A stretch of DNA of 63,985 nucleotides, the filler included, from Basidiobolus ranarum (lineage: Eukaryota): assembly GCA_040143965.1 (NCBI GenBank). It is 5 parts of 5 records of this genome, joined end to end, with 100 filler letters (N's around TTAATTAATTAA, not from the genome) between each part and the next. Parts side by side here need not be neighbours in the genome. Positions count along the whole stretch, not along the records: positions 1 to 13,204 come from JASJQH010000499.1; 4 more parts are not named here. One strand, 5' to 3'. This document shows, piece by piece, positions 1 to 13,204 of this stretch. Positions within the stretch are counted from its first letter, which is position 1, and every line of letters starts with the position of its first letter. The notes below the pieces were generated by a model, which worked only from the letters and a program-made list of their open reading frames with translations, was not told the origin of the DNA and searched no databases. The translations under genes and the position numbers were made by a program.

Positions 1-701
1 TCTTATCACATACTTATATGTTTGGATCTCTCGAGCAATATTCTCCATGTTGGATGGCGCCTCATACACTATATACATAACACGCAAGACATGAATATTC
101 GTGTTCTTCACGGTTAACTCAGTGAATTATCTGCAACTGTATGGTAACAAAGCTCCGTATTAAGCGCACTTTAGAAATAACTGCTTATCGTACTTCTTTC
201 AGACTCGACTAATTCGTGGCATGATCTAGGAATCATTAATTACAATGAGTCATATGTCTCATCTTAAGAACAATCATCGATATAAATTTTAATATGGATG
301 AATCAATGAATTGATAATATTACAGTAGCTGATGGTGATCTTTCCTTTCTGTATGGTCCGGCTAATCTCTCGCAGTCATCCCGATGGGAAAAAACCATGT
401 CAGCAAGATTGTTTCGGTGAATCGATTTTACCGAGATTTAAAGTTACAGTTAACCATGAAACAGGTCACCTTCAAATATCCCCATGCGGGGTAGCTCGGG
501 TACATTGTAGATACGGAAATGGAAGTTACTTTGTTTATTAATCAGCATTCACTATTGTGTGAGCAATGTTCAAGAGGAGAGAATTACTTACTGTACATCC
601 AGTTATTCGGGGTCAAAAGGTTCACGATTGGATATGTGCAAAATGGTGGCGATGGTAGGAGAGGGGGTTATAGGGGATATGTAGCTGATTAATTTCGAAA
701 T

Positions 702-3700
702 TTATCGGCGATTACCACGGAACTTCGAGATAATGAAGCCTGTGAATAAAAGATTGAAAATCCAAAACCCTAACATAATGCCGAAGTTTCGCCAACGATG
801 ATCAAAGCTCCATTTGAGCGGTGTGTAATAGCTATCTCCGAGAGAATACGAGCAATATTGACAGCCTTGAGTGGCATTTGGATTGCTCAAGTAACCTGGT
901 GAGCGACTCAAAAAGTCACTGGCATACTCGTTACATGTTTGGCCCGAAGGTGGGTTAAACGTGACAAATTCATTGCTAGCACAGCTGACAGAGAGGCCAT
1001 GAAGTTCATTAACAACCAACCCTTCCACCCAGTAGTGGAATGGATCAACCCAGTACATCCATGCTTTCCAAAAACCAGGCAATTGATTGTATGGAACAAC
1101 AACGCCACAAAAAAGGTTGAGCATGGAAAAGAAGAATGGATTAAGTAGGGCAGCCATCGGCTTTGAAGTAGAGAAGGAGGCGATCATTTGGCCTAAAGAT
1201 ACGCAAAAGAAGCTAAAGAGAATATACATAAGCCAGGAGTAAATTGCGCGTTCAGAGTCTCCATTGAACCCACTGATCCAATAGAAAATGAGCCAGAAGA
1301 CTGTGACTGTTACGGCAAGATAAGGTAGTTCGGCAGACATGATCGAGAACCAAAACGGTTTCCAACCATACATCTTGCTGGAGGTCTCGCGGAAATATAC
1401 ATTACGTTCATCAATATATCTAGGTTGTGACATGTTCATGAAAATAACACCCATAACAAGCGATTGGAAAATTGCAAAGTTACGAAGCTGAAGGTCCATT
1501 TGAGTATTGCCAAGTTGCCAGAAGGAGAAGCCAAGAAGGAGGGAGAAGGCAAAACAGAACAAAAGACGTCCAAGGTTGTATGTAGGATTCCGCCACCAGG
1601 ATAAGTACATTCTACGACAAATAACACGGAACTGAGTCTTCAGTGGAGTAGCATATTCGTGTCGCTCATGCTTCTCTTGAACTGTCAGCTCAGATGGTTT
1701 GATGGCATTTAAAACTCGTTGAACTTCAACTTTTTCAGGGGAATTTCCCCATATGGATGGCCAATCTAAGGCTCGTTTATCGTTGACAACATCCAAAATA
1801 TACTCGGCAGGATTTGCACTTGCAGAGCACTTGGGTCCTCCATTTCTTTCAAAAAAGCTCAATAAATCTTGTGAATCTGGTCCCAATTCTCCAAAGTAAA
1901 CGGTTTTGCCGCCACGAGCAAGTAGCAGTAAATGATCAAAGAAATCAAAGAGTACAGCACTGGGCTGGTGGATAGTACACAGCACTGCTTGTCCTTGATT
2001 AGCTAATTTGCGCATGAAACGAATGATATTAAAGGCAGCTTGAGCATCAAGGCCAGAAGTAGGCTCATCAAGAAATAGAAGCTGAGGTTTGGCTACCAAC
2101 TCAACACCAATAGTGAGACGTTTGCGTTGTTCTACGGAGATACCAACACCACTTTCAATATCACCAACAAATGCATCCGCAATATCGTCCATTTCAAGAA
2201 GTCGAATTATCTCTTCAACATAAGCATCTTTTTCGGCTTGAGGGGTTTCGGGAGGCTGTCGAAGCGTAGCAGAAAATCTAAGGGCCTCACGAACTGTAAC
2301 AGCTGGACTATGAATATCCATTTGTTCACTATAACCAGTCGTACGTTCGAAATCAGGTCCAAGAGGACGATTATCTACTAGGATCTCACCAGTGACCTTT
2401 CCAAGGGATTTACGTTGTGCTAATACATCTAATAAAGTAGTTTTACCAGCTCCAGAGGCGCCCATCAAGGCGGTGAGTTGCCCAGGTTTAACCCATCCAT
2501 CAACCTGATGTAATAATTGTTTACCATTCGGGAGCCCTTTAACTGGAACGACATAGTCAATGTTATGCCAAGTGAAAGTAGTTCCTTCAAGAGCGATGTC
2601 TTCGATTCTTGCGTCAACTTGAACGCTGGTTCCAGGCTCTACAGATCCCTCGAAAGATTCAGATTTCTTATTACGTTTAAATGTATTCAAGGTAAAACCG
2701 CCTTTGCCGAATTGTTTAAATTCCATAGCAAACATAGCGAGAACAGAGAACAATACCCAGAAACAGATAACTGCCACGAAATCAATCCACATTTGATCAG
2801 CATTATATCCGAGGGCCTTATCCATATAAGCAGGACCATTTACAAAATTTTCACCAGGACGACTACCAGCGAGTGTACAGGCCTGATAGTTGATGTCATT
2901 GTAGCCAGGACCATTAGGAACTAGAGCAGAATCCAGACAGGTGAACTTCAGTCCTTTGAATTCGTTTGACATCAAGGCCTTGAAGCCATAGGCCAATGGA
3001 TTTATCCAGAAAATCCATACAAACCATGGGTGCATTTGAGTCTTGGGGATCAAATAGCCGGTATATAATAGGAAAGCCATCAGAAGTAAGCCTGAATAGC
3101 GAGATGCAATATCGAAATTGGGAGAGTATGCAGCTAGCATACGAAAATAGGCAGTCAAAGTGAACCCGGAAACCAATAAAATAAGCATAAACATGAAAAA
3201 TTTCCCAGCGTCCGCTTGAAGACCAGCCATCCAATAGAGTATGCATGAAAATAAAACAATCTGGATCACCATAAACGGTATATCCGTAACCATCTGTGCG
3301 ATATAGAATGCACTGGGATGGTAGAAGGCGAAAGACTTATGCTTATAAAGGATTGATCGGCCACTTATAGCATTTGGTATTTCGGCTTGTGCCATGAGAG
3401 AGTTAAACAGCAGAGCAAAGAAGAGTACACCGCCACGAGTGAAGGCGCCACTGGTATCTGTGGGTAGTAATAAGAATACGGAGCCAACAATAGCAGCTTT
3501 GACTACTATAGAAGTATAACGCGAGATTAGAGAAGCACGGTCACCGAAGGTCAATTGAAATTGGCGAACCGTTAGAGCCTTAATTTGTTGAGCATACGAG
3601 GTTGTGTAGGGGGATTTGTTAGGAACATTTTTCTGCTTTGATTCAGATACATGTTGTCGAAATTCTTTTTCAGGTGCAGTACTAGCTAAATAATTCTTAT

Positions 3701-5075
3701 ATTCAGCTCTCTCCATTAGCATTCTTTGGTAAAGGCTGGAGTTTTTGTAGGCTTTCTCCAACTCTTCAGGAGATTTTGGTGCAATGTTATCCATACCAGG
3801 AATAATTTTACGTTCATTAGGGTCAGTTACGGAAGTCAAGAAATCCGAAGTAGTCTGACGCGGATTACTTTGAAAGCCAAGTTTTGTAAAATATCCGCGA
3901 GCTTCTTGAGCAGGCCCGAAATATACACAACGTCCTTGGTCCAACAATAATACTTTATCGAACTCTTTGTATATACTCTCGGATGCTTGGTAGATAGTTA
4001 CTAGGGTAGCTTTGTGCATAATGTTAGTCATAATACGGAGAGACTTCACATAACTCAAAGCGGAAGATGCATCTAAGCCTTTCGTACTTCCATCCCAAAG
4101 ATTAATAGCAGCGCGGGCGGACATTTGCTCAGCGATGGATAAGCGCTTACGTTCACCACCAGAAATTCCGCGTACAAATTGATTACCAACTAGTGTATTT
4201 AGCGTGTGTGACAAACCAAACATCTTTAGTAAGGTATCGCGAACATTTTGAACGAATGATTTCTTGGTTTCGTCAGGGAGACGTTTTCCAGGAGTTTTAC
4301 ATTTAAGAGCAAAGTTCATGGTCTCTTTGACTGTCAGTGTAGGAAAATGAAAGTCATCTTCAGGATTGTATGCAACCTCGCCTACATACTTTTTATTGAA
4401 TTCTTCTGCGGAGATCCCACCATAAGAAACCTCACCGGTAATCCTTTTATATTGCTTGCGTTCATTTGATAATACTCTCAGTAAAGTGGAGCAACCAGAA
4501 CCAGGTCTACCTAAAACAAAGACCATCTCACCATCTCTACAAAAGCCATCAATTTCCCGCAGAAGAACTCTTCCTTCATTGTCGGAAGCAATCCTATTCT
4601 TGTTACCCCAGGCGGAAGGATTGAAGAGATTGACGAACATTCTGAACGGAGTACTACAATCAGGAGCGTAAATTTTACCGATTTTATCGCCAACAACAGT
4701 CAGATTCTTGAAAGTGACTCCAATTCGCTTCTGTTTGATATCTGCATCCGCGTTTTTTACCAAGACAGACTGTAGAAAATCATTGAGATCGAAATCTTCT
4801 TCATGGTCAGTTTCAAGGGTATCCTCAGAAGATTGAACGGTAGTGATACGGTGTACAGTAGAGATTCGAGAAAGCTCGCGCCGAAGATCCTCGTATTCAC
4901 CAGTAGCCCCTAACACATCGATGTTAGGTTCACCTTCGCCCCAATCATCCTTTTGATTATGGTAATGAGCACTAGAGACTTTTTCCTTGGAGCCATCAAA
5001 GAGATCTGAGACGGTAGTACCATTGCTGTGGGTACTATTGCCATCATCATCTGTAGAGTAAGTATTGCGGCCCAT
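702..5075 (-). CDS. Full-size ABCG/PDR-family multidrug transporter (NBD-TMD-NBD-TMD), intronless, ~1457 aa
   Basis: NBD1 Walker A GRPGSGCST (PDR-typical Cys), signature ISGGERKR, WDGSTKGLD. NBD2 GASGAGKTT, degenerate ISVEQRKR, FLDEPTSGLD. Two hydrophobic TMDs with Cys-rich extracellular loops. First ATG in frame at 5075 (the track's start at 5162 is TTG). Confidence 0.96.
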   Translation of the reverse strand: MGRNTYSTDDDGNSTHSNGTTVSDLFDGSKEKVSSAHYHNQKDDWGEGEPNIDVLGATGEYEDLRRELSRISTVHRITTVQSSEDTLETDHEEDFDLNDFLQSVLVKNADADIKQKRIGVTFKNLTVVGDKIGKIYAPDCSTPFRMFVNLFNPSAWGNKNRIASDNEGRVLLREIDGFCRDGEMVFVLGRPGSGCSTLLRVLSNERKQYKRITGEVSYGGISAEEFNKKYVGEVAYNPEDDFHFPTLTVKETMNFALKCKTPGKRLPDETKKSFVQNVRDTLLKMFGLSHTLNTLVGNQFVRGISGGERKRLSIAEQMSARAAINLWDGSTKGLDASSALSYVKSLRIMTNIMHKATLVTIYQASESIYKEFDKVLLLDQGRCVYFGPAQEARGYFTKLGFQSNPRQTTSDFLTSVTDPNERKIIPGMDNIAPKSPEELEKAYKNSSLYQRMLMERAEYKNYLASTAPEKEFRQHVSESKQKNVPNKSPYTTSYAQQIKALTVRQFQLTFGDRASLISRYTSIVVKAAIVGSVFLLLPTDTSGAFTRGGVLFFALLFNSLMAQAEIPNAISGRSILYKHKSFAFYHPSAFYIAQMVTDIPFMVIQIVLFSCILYWMAGLQADAGKFFMFMLILLVSGFTLTAYFRMLAAYSPNFDIASRYSGLLLMAFLLYTGYLIPKTQMHPWFVWIFWINPLAYGFKALMSNEFKGLKFTCLDSALVPNGPGYNDINYQACTLAGSRPGENFVNGPAYMDKALGYNADQMWIDFVAVICFWVLFSVLAMFAMEFKQFGKGGFTLNTFKRNKKSESFEGSVEPGTSVQVDARIEDIALEGTTFTWHNIDYVVPVKGLPNGKQLLHQVDGWVKPGQLTALMGASGAGKTTLLDVLAQRKSLGKVTGEILVDNRPLGPDFERTTGYSEQMDIHSPAVTVREALRFSATLRQPPETPQAEKDAYVEEIIRLLEMDDIADAFVGDIESGVGISVEQRKRLTIGVELVAKPQLLFLDEPTSGLDAQAAFNIIRFMRKLANQGQAVLCTIHQPSAVLFDFFDHLLLLARGGKTVYFGELGPDSQDLLSFFERNGGPKCSASANPAEYILDVVNDKRALDWPSIWGNSPEKVEVQRVLNAIKPSELTVQEKHERHEYATPLKTQFRVICRRMYLSWWRNPTYNLGRLLFCFAFSLLLGFSFWQLGNTQMDLQLRNFAIFQSLVMGVIFMNMSQPRYIDERNVYFRETSSKMYGWKPFWFSIMSAELPYLAVTVTVFWLIFYWISGFNGDSERAIYSWLMYILFSFFCVSLGQMIASFSTSKPMAALLNPFFFSMLNLFCGVVVPYNQLPGFWKAWMYWVDPFHYWVEGLVVNELHGLSVSCASNEFVTFNPPSGQTCNEYASDFLSRSPGYLSNPNATQGCQYCSYSLGDSYYTPLKWSFDHRWRNFGIMLGFWIFNLLFTGFIISKFRGNRR

Positions 5076-8000
5076 GATGTAAGCTACGAATATGTGTGAT
5101 AATACACTGTATATCCTCTTGGACAAGCAATATGAGCAATGAAGATGATTTAGCCAATGCAATTGTGAGTTAAATACCTCGAAGAGGTCTGTAAGGTACG
5201 TTCTGCTACAACGCCCTCCGCTGTGCTTTTCTCCAATAGCGCACCTAGCCTTCGGGCCTACTCAATTCCGTACCCGACCTTTCTTTGTGATCAATGAGAG
5301 ACTTTGGAAATTGAGTCACGCGTTGGGCATGATACTCGATAGATGTGACTGTGATTTCCGCAACGGACCGTTCAGATAGGATTGTTGATAAAAATAGTAA
5401 CGCTAGGTAGACTGCTAAGTAGCTTCGTCATTTAATAATTTAGAATTCAATGAGGAGCACTAGCCAATTGTTTTCAAGCGAATATGATGATATCAAGCTT
5501 GTTAAAGCCCTAATTATTTTAAACCCTTAATAGTCAGAGCCAATCAGCAGTAGAGCCTTAAAACCTAACGAACACTTTATTAGAGTCGGATTAAACGCCA
5601 CCACAAATGAGTGATAAGCAATTAGAAAATTCAAAATCCGTTTTGTCATGTTAGTGATGCAAAGCAATTTATCCACCACTATTTCAAAGCTAGTTGGGAT
5701 TTTATTTAGACAAGTCCATTAGCATATAGGTTAGGGTGGATATAATGTATCTGATATCATAGAATTCAGTATTCTCCGTGCAACTCTTGATCCAAGGAGT
5801 GGCATTTTTGTGGAATCTGGTCCATTTTCAATCATATGCTCTCTGCGGAAGCCAAAGGATAGAGAGGTACCATTTGCTCTTCATGTCGTCAACAATACAA
5901 TCCCATTAGAAGCGTTTACTTGATAATAATTCAATATTACTACGCCACATTAATTGTTATTGTTAATGGAACTGTTTTACTTCTTGTGAGCCGGGACTTC
6001 AGTTGTTCCGAGAATATTGATCGAAGTTTGGGTTGACATTGGCTTGTTGCACAATCTCCTATAAATGGAGCTGATTCTGGACATGGATTTGAAGCACCAG
6101 ACACTTTTTGCCTTTTAATTGGGACTTATTAGACAACCAGTCCATAGCGGTGTCAAGATTACTCACGGCCCCTATTAACTGAACCCAAAAATATGAGTTG
6201 GTAGGTGATTTAACGGTTAAAATGCCAGTATAATTGCTCCGAGTAGGGTGCTGGGATTCTTGGATGGATTGGACGGTATTTAAATGGTAACACATAGCGG
6301 TATATCCTTTAGGGTTTGTTTAGCCTCAGCACACATTCACATCTGAACATTCGGACAGGCAAATTAGCAGTCAAAACAGTACGAAATATCAAGCATCAAT
6401 ATGCACGCAGATCGGATCTTACATGTTACGATAACATTTCATCGATGAGAGAAATTAGATTGATCGATTCGTCGGTAACAATTAGGATCGATCATGCGAT
6501 ATTTTCTTGCAATCTTTGTGTTAATCAGATTGCATAGATTCGGCATTTTATCAGCTCAATAACCGAGATTTCGGCACACGCCTCGTTCATTACATCAACA
6601 GCCACACGTAAAGACCAAGTAAATCTCACTGCTCTACAACAAAGAACATTAGGAGCAGCCATAGAGGCTAAGGTACTGCTACCAGTTCATACTAAGAATT
6701 CTCAAGTTCATGTCTTAAATGATACAGGATTTGAACATTAAGAATTGGCAAGTAAATAATTGGAATCTCAATATGCCACTAGAACCATGAAAAGCTTGAA
6801 CTTCATTATATATAGAACCAGGGGTAGAGCTAAGTAAGTTTGAGGTATGTAAGTCGATGCTTGTTTCTTTTTAGCAGAATATGCTACAACTATTTACTAC
6901 TATTCGTTTCGGGTGGGATAGCCCTTTAGCTATGTAAGTGCACTATCACTTCATAATTTCTAATATTTACCTTATTGAATTTGATCGGCGATTTAGTATA
7001 TTAGCTTGGGTCTCTATATGATTACAGTAGACTGTTAAAGAAAATTTTAAAAGAGATCAGAAAACTCATTCTTCTGCATTTGAAAGAGTATCAGTAGCGT
7101 CGATACCAGATCTAATGAAGCTAAATGTCTCTAAAGTGGAATATTTAAAGAATCACTAATTAACTATAAATGGAAGTACGAGATATTGAGTTTCGATACA
7201 AGGATCCCAACACATGGGAAAGCATTAAACTACCTTCGGATAGTACCACCTGGGATGTGCACCAAGAAGAAAGTCACCACGCTACCATTACGAAGGCATT
7301 TCGATGAGAAACAGGCAATATCATGTACGTGTCAGCGTAAAGCACTAGAACCAACCTCGAGGGTATAATGGTGCCTTGGTTACATAGAAACACGCTAACC
7401 CAAGATTGACATCCTTGACCGTTAAATGTCGGTTAACTGAGATTGGCAATTGCGACATGTAGAAGCACAGTATATCCTGACATCGACCCAGATCTGACTT
7501 CGCATTTTATATAAACTCAAGTTCTCGCGAATTATGAATCAGTTTGATGCGCTTCAAAAATTAACCGTTGATCTCATTGGACAATCTTAGATAAAAATTG
7601 CCACTGGGGCGAAGAAACGCGACAATCTAAAATTAAGGCCTGGTTATGCTCTGCTGAGTTGATCAGCTCCTCAATGATATGTGCTATATAATCTAGCCAC
7701 TTGTCGAAGATGACGGTGCGTATTTTCTGAGGACACCTAGATCAGCAGGAAAGAATTTGGGCCAACTGAAAATTTCACTATTCCGGGTGTAGGAGTCTAA
7801 CCATGATGGATGAAACCTCAGCCCATTCCTTGACAAACCAAGATCAAACAGATTCATCCACCGGAAATTCAGCCAAGTTATGCGAAATTAGCAAATGATT
7901 CGATCAGTCTATATGGAAATTTACGATTTGTTTCTCTGCATGTGGAACGGGTAATTGTATGGTTAGATTCGTGGGTGATTTGGGCATCCATTCGAGTCAT

Positions 8001-9695
8001 TTCTCACGCCTTTTCACTAAAATTACTCCATCCAGTTCGTTACTAGCATAACAGGGCCTTTTAGGGAATCGATGACCTTGTTGATGCAAACTTGCCAGTC
8101 ACATCTAAACACAAGGCCACAATTAGCCTTACCGATGGATTGCGGCTAAACTACCTGGTTGCTCACCGGAGAATGATTGGGATCTTTCAATTTTTACGAA
8201 TTGTCAGTTTGGTACATCCCCGAGCGCATGAAAGCTAGTATTCTGCAAAGCTAATGGTATTTAGATATGGCTATTGCAGAAAAGCCCTATTCTCAGAAAA
8301 AATGGAACCAGCAACTTCATTGTAATAGCCTGGCAATTGAAGTGATTAGGTCATCCCCGTGTATTACCTATAGCGATAATGTTTGCACAAAAGAGTAACC
8401 GCCATGTCAAACTAGTTTCTCCTGATACAACAATGAGGATTCAGTCCGCCTTGGATCGAGAAATTGACCGGAAACGGTCTACTCTAGGCGATGGTATATA
8501 TTGCATCCCACCCTGTTTCATGAAAATCTATAGAACTCGTAAGTAATGCAGGGCATCCTCCTTTACCAGGCGTTGGGTCTAGGACAACTGGATCGAAAAG
8601 AGGGGATATTATTGAGATTGACCGGGATACATCACCATGGCGAATCTGGAAATATGATGCATCTTCACTGGATAAAAATGGCACTGGACTGCTCTAGTAT
8701 CCACGCTTCCCCACACACGCATGATCCCGATCGAATGATAAAAATTCTCCGTCAAACCAAATCCAGAAGCATGACTCTCAGCGAACTGTCAAAACAAACT
8801 TAAGAAACAGTGCACAGAATGCCAATATAGCCACACTTTTATCAACGCATCGCAACGCAACGCCATAGTCAACAAGATCTTCAGATCTGCTATCTGGTAT
8901 TGACTTCTGCTAGCACAATTCCCTGGATTCCGAACACAAGGGACGCTCATATTCTCAGTTTGGCAAGCCTGTTTGTTTGTCGATGAATGATGCGTTGTGC
9001 CTTAACGTTACTCTCAGAAATGGATTCTCCGGCGCCAAGGCTCCCATCCATTGTTTACGGCTTGGGCTTGAATACAGCAACATGATATTCAATTTATACT
9101 AGATGAATATGGAAAAACTATAATATCCTTTAGCATTAATGCCTGCCGGGAGTCGGGACGGCTGATTTGACAATGTGAAAATTTAATCTATGGAATAGTA
9201 TATTGGCATCAGTATAATAGGAGAGGGAAGTAACGTGCCAGACTGAAAGCACTGGAGGATATAGTGGGGTTGTTGGGCACAACAGAGCAAATCAAATTCC
9301 ATATTCTTATAATATACTCAAGATGATTGGTAGCAAGGCCAGCCGCAGGAATCGATGTTTCTTAGAATGAACCTGATGCAGAGAAACCCAATCATCTTCG
9401 CCCTCAATACGTATTTGGATATTTGAGTCATAAATTTGGAAGGATGAATTTCTATCTTTGGACAGATCCCTTGCCATTAATTGATGACCTATGGATCTAG
9501 GCCCCTGCTGAATTATTGGATTTCCTTGATGGGCTTCCACGTAACCTCACTTATTAAGAGCCCTCCATTTCCATCAGACCAGATTCCAATCTGCTCTTTC
9601 TCTTCTATCATTAATAGCATCCCAACCTCTTACTCATTTGCATATCTTTCTGTATTACTGATTATCTTAAATTCGCGTTCACGCGCAGATTCACT

Positions 9696-10582
9696 ATGGA
9701 AACCTTTTCCTTGGAACGCGTTATAACTGTCGGAGACCGCAAACTGACAGATATGTACAGATCTTCTCGAGATCTTGGCATTAGTAGAGAAGTTGTACTG
9801 AAAGGGTTTCTACGGAAGGCTCGAGATGTTAACGAGCTCCAAAAACAAATCCCCCTGAACATGACCCAAACTAAAGACATATTTGGTAGCCTAATGAGTG
9901 TTATTCTATCAGTTATTGCAACAATATACTCACTATAATTCATTGTTTAGACAACTGTATATATGGGAATTCTCTAGTGCGCTCACCAGTGGAAAGTACT
10001 GAAAGCGCCAACGTATATAATGAAATCATGTTTAATATGATGAACACCTATATGTATCCTGCAACGCAATCAGTAGAACCTGGCACTATCACCTTTTCAA
10101 GCGTCTCCAGTGTTGTCATCAACTCAAACGAACCCTCTACCCAAGGATATCCACCTCCTTCGTGGACGACAGAGTCCTCGATCGACTTCTCCTTTAACAA
10201 TACACCAGGGATTGAGAGCTTTATCCCAGAACTTTCCTCAACACCTACACCTCAAACCACCCTTAGCTCTGACTCACTGAATTATTCATTTGAACAATCC
10301 TCATACTACAATTACCTTTCTGTTCCATTACCTTCCGAGCCTATGGAAGAGGATGCTAGCACTTCAAGTATATATTCATCTGCTGAACACACAACTCAAG
10401 AAACCGAAGATCGTTCCATCGAGAGCTCACCCCCATTCTATTCAGAGCTATCCAAAGCATTACTTTTAAATGAATCCTCAGATGCGCAGTCCTCAGTTGG
10501 TGGAGACAAACGAAAGCGGTGTTATGAAGAAGCGGACATCGAGGCCCAGCTGCACCAAACAAAAAGAGTCGCCACTGTGTGA
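9696..10582 (+). CDS. Two-exon hypothetical nuclear protein (273 aa): short helical N-terminal domain, acidic S/T/P-rich body, C-terminal bipartite NLS
   Basis: Track ORFs 9696-9938 and 9977-10582 join in frame via a 65-nt phase-1 intron 9886-9950 (GTAGCC...TACTCAC...TTTAG), giving ...KDIF-D-NCIYGNSLVRSP.... C-terminus KRKRCYEEADIEAQLHQTKRVATV. Confidence 0.75.
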
Positions 10583-12615
10583 ATTCGTTCTCGTCGATTA
10601 TTTACATATCATTTACTTTGTATATTAGTAGTTCATTACATCCGAGAAGGAATTCCATACTTTTACTATAGTCGAGCTGTTCATATGCGTATAGGATGAT
10701 ATCCCATATTCATAAATGAGACCGCTACTGCATTGTTCTCAAAGAAGCCCAAAGCTTAGCATTTTGGATATTGAAGGAGACACATACATCGTTAGAAGGC
10801 AGTGGATATTTAGTTACTGCCTCTATCTTTATGCAATGCACTTTGTGTATATATGCTGCTGCAAAAATTCATTCTCTTATCAATTTAATATTTCTTTATC
10901 TCTGTACTCTTCATTTATTGGCGAATCTCTTTTTGGTACCGATTCATATGTAACCATTGGAACTTGCAGCTTGTTTATATTTCTTTGAAGTATCTATTGC
11001 CAGTTTTGTTGTTAGATTGCAGGAAGCACATCGGTAAAGAGCTGGCTCATTTACTACATCCCCCATCGATTGTGAAGGTCTTCTTAAATCTGACAACTCT
11101 ATAGCAAGCTATTTCAGAGCAAACATTAAACATGTCAAGTCACAAACATTGTAATCTCGTTTATTTATTTTCTATACTTGCCAGGTTTGAGGTGCGAAGA
11201 CTCTTGACTTGTTTATTCTGTTGATTTAGTTGATTTCGAGATAGAAGTGCCCATTAGCTATGGATCTCAAATTTGGGTTAATCAGGATATGTAACGAGTA
11301 GAATGAGTAGCAATTCCAAAAAACACTACAAGAAAGATTCTCTCAAGTCAATTGATCATAGTCATTGAAAAACCGATCTCCCTCATGCCTAGCCGATCGA
11401 AAAGTTGCTTGAGCCTCCTTGTATGGGAAACAAATAATTCATTAATTAAAAATGAAATATGCGTGTAACTTCAGCGTTGTACATGGCGAAGCAGTCATTT
11501 CTACCAATCATCATTTCCCACCGATAGGAGTATTCTGTACCTAGGACTTTGATTTATAATCTCTCAAGTATTCGTCAGGGGAATGTTGTACAGATACAGA
11601 TGCATTAGCTTCTCCTGTTTATGCAATATGGCGGAATTGGTTGCTTACCTATGTTAGGTGTTCATTCAACAAACAATGGGTTGTTTTCAACTCCGATGAA
11701 ACTCAAGTCCGATTCATGTAAACAAGGATATAATGATGGCTTTGGCACTACGTTATTCAATTGGGATATTTGTATTGGTGCCTACCATTCCATCGACTAA
11801 AGTGACCTCTTTCTGGCTGAATTTAGAGTACATAAGATCGTTGATCGTCTCACTTGTATATGTAGAGCATTGGTAGCTCTTTGTCGAGAACATTGTGTCT
11901 TTATCTTCATTTATATTGATAAAACATACACCTTCTTTGCTAAATTGTCATGTAGTATATCCCATTAGTAAAAATACATCGGAGTATATGATGAGATTCA
12001 TCTTGAAATCACTGGTTTGCGATAAGCTACAAACATGCTCTAGATTCATACAGGAATGTATCACCCCAGTACAGTTAATGAATGGACTACTGAAAATCCA
12101 TAGATGAGAACACACGTAACTTGTCAATATTCCGCAAGTGCCCAGACCACTTATAATTCATAGAGTAATTTTTCGGTGGCTCAAATAGCACATTTTATCA
12201 ACGCGACACAATTACTATGAGATGCAACAGTGATGCCAAGAAATGTCATTTTTATTGAATATCTCTGCCAACTTGAGTATATGGTTTCATCTTATCCGAA
12301 GCACCAAATTCTTGGGAAGTAAAGAATGCCACTATGTGAAAGTAAAACCCTACTCTACCAAAATAGTGATTAATCTAGCCTGGCCTCTGTACAATGGGCC
12401 GTAATTCAGAGTACCTTTTTGCAATACTTCGTTTTGTTGTTACGGATAAAATTTCATGGGTATACACAATTTGCTCGAATTTTTATTAATGATTAAAGAA
12501 CAAATTGTTCATAAAGTATAGATTTGCCTTATTTCCCCAGGGTTAATATAATCCACTGAAATCTATTGTAACAGAACAGATATGAAATGAGTTGAGTACA
12601 GCAACATGTAAGTTT

Positions 12616-12964
12616 TGTTAAAGTATTTTGGGAGCCCGTTGGGAGTGGCTTGGAGAACTAGAGAAATTGGTGGTTTTCACTTATTGATTTATTGAGTAGA
12701 AAGTTGACATTTATAGTTTTGTCAAGATGTAAGCAGACTAACGTGTAGAATGTGTTTAGGAAGGTCCCAGGAACATGTGTGCAAAGTTTGGGGCTTCTAG
12801 CACAAGTTTGAAAAATTCATATATCTGAGAACTTCTAAGTTGGTAAAAATATTCTAAGTAAATTCCTCATGAGAATAATGGATAATATCTTGGTGAATTA
12901 TAAGATAACCAAGTACTAAGCTATATATGACTATATAGGTGTTTAGGCAATGCTAATTTCAACA
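12616..12964. mobile_element. Solo LTR-like repeat, family 1 (~350 bp, TGTT...AACA ends)
   Basis: Colinear homologues at 24478-24801, ~25463-25720 and, inverted, at 55885-56231. TG...CA termini. Confidence 0.75.
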
Positions 12965-13067
12965 GTAATGAAACTCAATATAAGTCATTCACCAAGTTTA
13001 ATTTGGAATTGTACATACTGGAGTTATATAAGTATACCTCTAAAACCAAGTACTAATTACTTAATAC

Positions 13068-13204
13068 TGTTAAAGTGTTTTGGGAGTTTGTTGAAATCAG
13101 TATAGCCTAAGCATCTATATAGTTATCAATACTGTAGTATCTGTTGAGATTAGCATTGCCTAAACACCTATATAGTCATATATAGCTTAGTACTTAGTTA
13201 TCTT
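13068..13204. mobile_element. Nested family-1 LTR fragments; an inverted copy starts at 13142 and runs into the gap
   Basis: 13141-13204 is a near-perfect reverse complement of 12902-12965. 13068-13088 repeats the TGTTAAAGT.TTTTGGGAG terminus. Confidence 0.7.

Noticed and set aside
5076-5162. N-terminal extension of the PDR ORF given in the track
   Set aside because: Relies on a TTG start; eukaryotic initiation at ATG 5075 is more plausible.
5800-6295. Minus-strand ORF fragments vaguely resembling a methyltransferase (DWLSNKSQLKGKKCLVL)
   Set aside because: No glycine-rich SAM-binding motif, multiple stops, no coherent splice model.
8484-8803. Coding-like segment (GHPPLPGVG...RGDIIEIDRDT)
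   Set aside because: Bounded by stops and not assignable to a family; could be a decayed fragment.
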